Both the position numbers and the translations under genes were made by a program. Below, in pieces: positions 60,260 to 61,486 of a stretch of DNA of 61,486 nucleotides (positions are counted from its first letter, which is position 1; every line of letters begins with the position of its first letter). The notes beneath the pieces are model-generated. The model had not been told where the DNA came from, did no database searches, and worked only from the letters and a program-made list of their open reading frames with translations. The DNA comes from Acidimicrobiales bacterium (GTDB taxonomy: Bacteria; Actinomycetota; Acidimicrobiia; Acidimicrobiales; Bog-793): assembly GCA_036510575.1 (NCBI GenBank), contig DATCDR010000115.1:1-61486 (forward strand), in the 5' to 3' direction.

Positions 60260-61348
60260 TCAGCCGAGCTGCGATGTGGCGCCCGCTGTACGGGCAATCC
60301 AGTCGCTCGGCTCACGGATCTCTTCCAGAGTTGGAAGAAACTCCTGGCCCGACCAGACCTTGGCGAGCAACTCATCGCCACCCTCGGCCTGAACGGCCTC
60401 GACGAAGTGCTCGCCCTCTTCGTACTGCCGCAACTTCGCGTCGATGCCGATGAACTGCTGGAGCAACTTGGCCAGCCCCTTTGTCGAGGTTCGCCGGTCG
60501 GAGAGCACCCGCGCAAATCGCCTTGCACCGGGGATCTCTGCAGTCGCCGCCGACGACATCACCACATCACTGTGTCCCTCGAGCAGACTCATCAGCGCCT
60601 GGGCCTCATGGAGCGTCGTCAGCTGGTCCGCGGATGCAAGGAGCGAGACGATGCCGCCGTCAGCTAGAGGATTCCTACCTGATCGGATCTCTTCAACTCC
60701 TTGGAGCAGGCCAGCCATCACGGTCTTGCCGTCGGGGGGCGAGAGCATCGTCCCTCGCTCGACCAGGCCGAGGAAGTACTCGCGCATCCAGGGCACTCCG
60801 GTGAACTGCGCCCGGTGCGTCAGCTCGTGAATCGCGATCCAGAGCCGGAACTCCTGGGGAGGGAAGGCATGCCGGCGCTCGATCGCCATGATGTTCGGTG
60901 CCACGAAATAGACGGCGTCGCCGCCGTCGTCGCCACCGGCGAAGAGGTCGTACTGGCCGAGCACCCGCGAGGAGAGCCACGCAAGAACAAGCCCAACCTC
61001 GGCTCCTGAGACAGCTGCTCCTGCCGGGGAGCTGATCGCCGGCATCAGTCGGGGACGCTCGGCGAGCTTCTCGGCGAGCGGATTCAACAACCTCCGAAAC
61101 GACGCGACATTCGCGTCGACCCAACCCAAGCGATCCACTACGACCGCATTTGGCGGACCTGCTACCGAAACCAGTCCAGTGGTCGCCTCGACGAGCGACG
61201 CCGCGCGAAGCGCGGCCTCTTCGATGTCGGCGGCGAACGAGCGCCTCGTGTCAGGTTCGAGAATCGGGGCCAGTCGAAGTGCCTGGACCGCAACCCGTCT
61301 CGCTAACTCCCAGGAGACCGGCTCAGCGACGGTGGCATTCGTGCTCAC
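60260..61348 (-). CDS. Zinc-dependent metalloprotease (DUF2342-like hydrolase with HExxH)
   Basis: IAIHELTHRAQF (HExxH), 362 aa, in the conserved position upstream of tilS in actinobacteria. Confidence 0.6.
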   Translation of the reverse strand: MSTNATVAEPVSWELARRVAVQALRLAPILEPDTRRSFAADIEEAALRAASLVEATTGLVSVAGPPNAVVVDRLGWVDANVASFRRLLNPLAEKLAERPRLMPAISSPAGAAVSGAEVGLVLAWLSSRVLGQYDLFAGGDDGGDAVYFVAPNIMAIERRHAFPPQEFRLWIAIHELTHRAQFTGVPWMREYFLGLVERGTMLSPPDGKTVMAGLLQGVEEIRSGRNPLADGGIVSLLASADQLTTLHEAQALMSLLEGHSDVVMSSAATAEIPGARRFARVLSDRRTSTKGLAKLLQQFIGIDAKLRQYEEGEHFVEAVQAEGGDELLAKVWSGQEFLPTLEEIREPSDWIARTAGATSQLG

Positions 61349-61486
61349 TCCGCGAGCCTAATGGGGATCCGCCTCGCCGAGCGGTACGACCGCATTGACT
61401 CATCAGAAACCTCCGCGTGGATCGCATCGTTGCCTCACGTAAAAACCTCCGCCTACGTGACGGGCGAACTACGCCAGATCGATGGA

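Overview
High-GC, actinobacterial-type chromosomal segment; gene order resembles the Mycobacterium clpC1-lysS-pan-fol-hpt-tilS and carD-ispDF blocks. No rRNA, tRNA or CRISPR was seen. The two ends are housekeeping. The left end (1-12 kb) carries aconitase, ccdA, otsAB, a SAM-riboswitch-controlled ThrC-like/CysO-like pair, CIRCE-groEL, hemQ, a larE-like gene and PAC2. The right end (42-61 kb) carries desaturase, citrate synthase, rlmB-ispF-ispD-carD, clpC, lysS, coaX, nadC, panC, folKBPE, hpt and tilS. The middle (~13-42 kb) looks like an accessory cell-surface and signalling region. It holds a FliA/WhiG-type sigma factor, a 991-aa Ig/MBG-repeat surface protein with a non-canonical sorting signal, and a divergent sortase with a C-terminal extension. 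It also holds three c-di-GMP proteins (two with degenerate GGDEF motifs) and a type IV pilus cluster (pilD, pilT, pilA, pilC, pilB) interleaved with a 3xGAF-PAS hybrid histidine kinase, an OmpR-type regulator and a DUF429-like gene. Smaller items are a 5'-truncated pilin paralogue, a perfect (GAGCAC)11 microsatellite and a frameshifted IS1595-like remnant. Four observations deserve follow-up first: (1) the AdoMetDC-like pyruvoyl enzyme paired with a LuxI/FeeM-like acyltransferase, bracketed by c-di-GMP enzymes; (2) the 9-mer CCGTAACTA shared by the pilT, pilA and pilB upstream regions; (3) the S-box riboswitch in front of the ThrC-like + GG-terminated sulfur-carrier pair; (4) the sortase/adhesin pair with its unusual sorting signal. 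All calls rest on reading the translations and sequence by eye; no searches were run.
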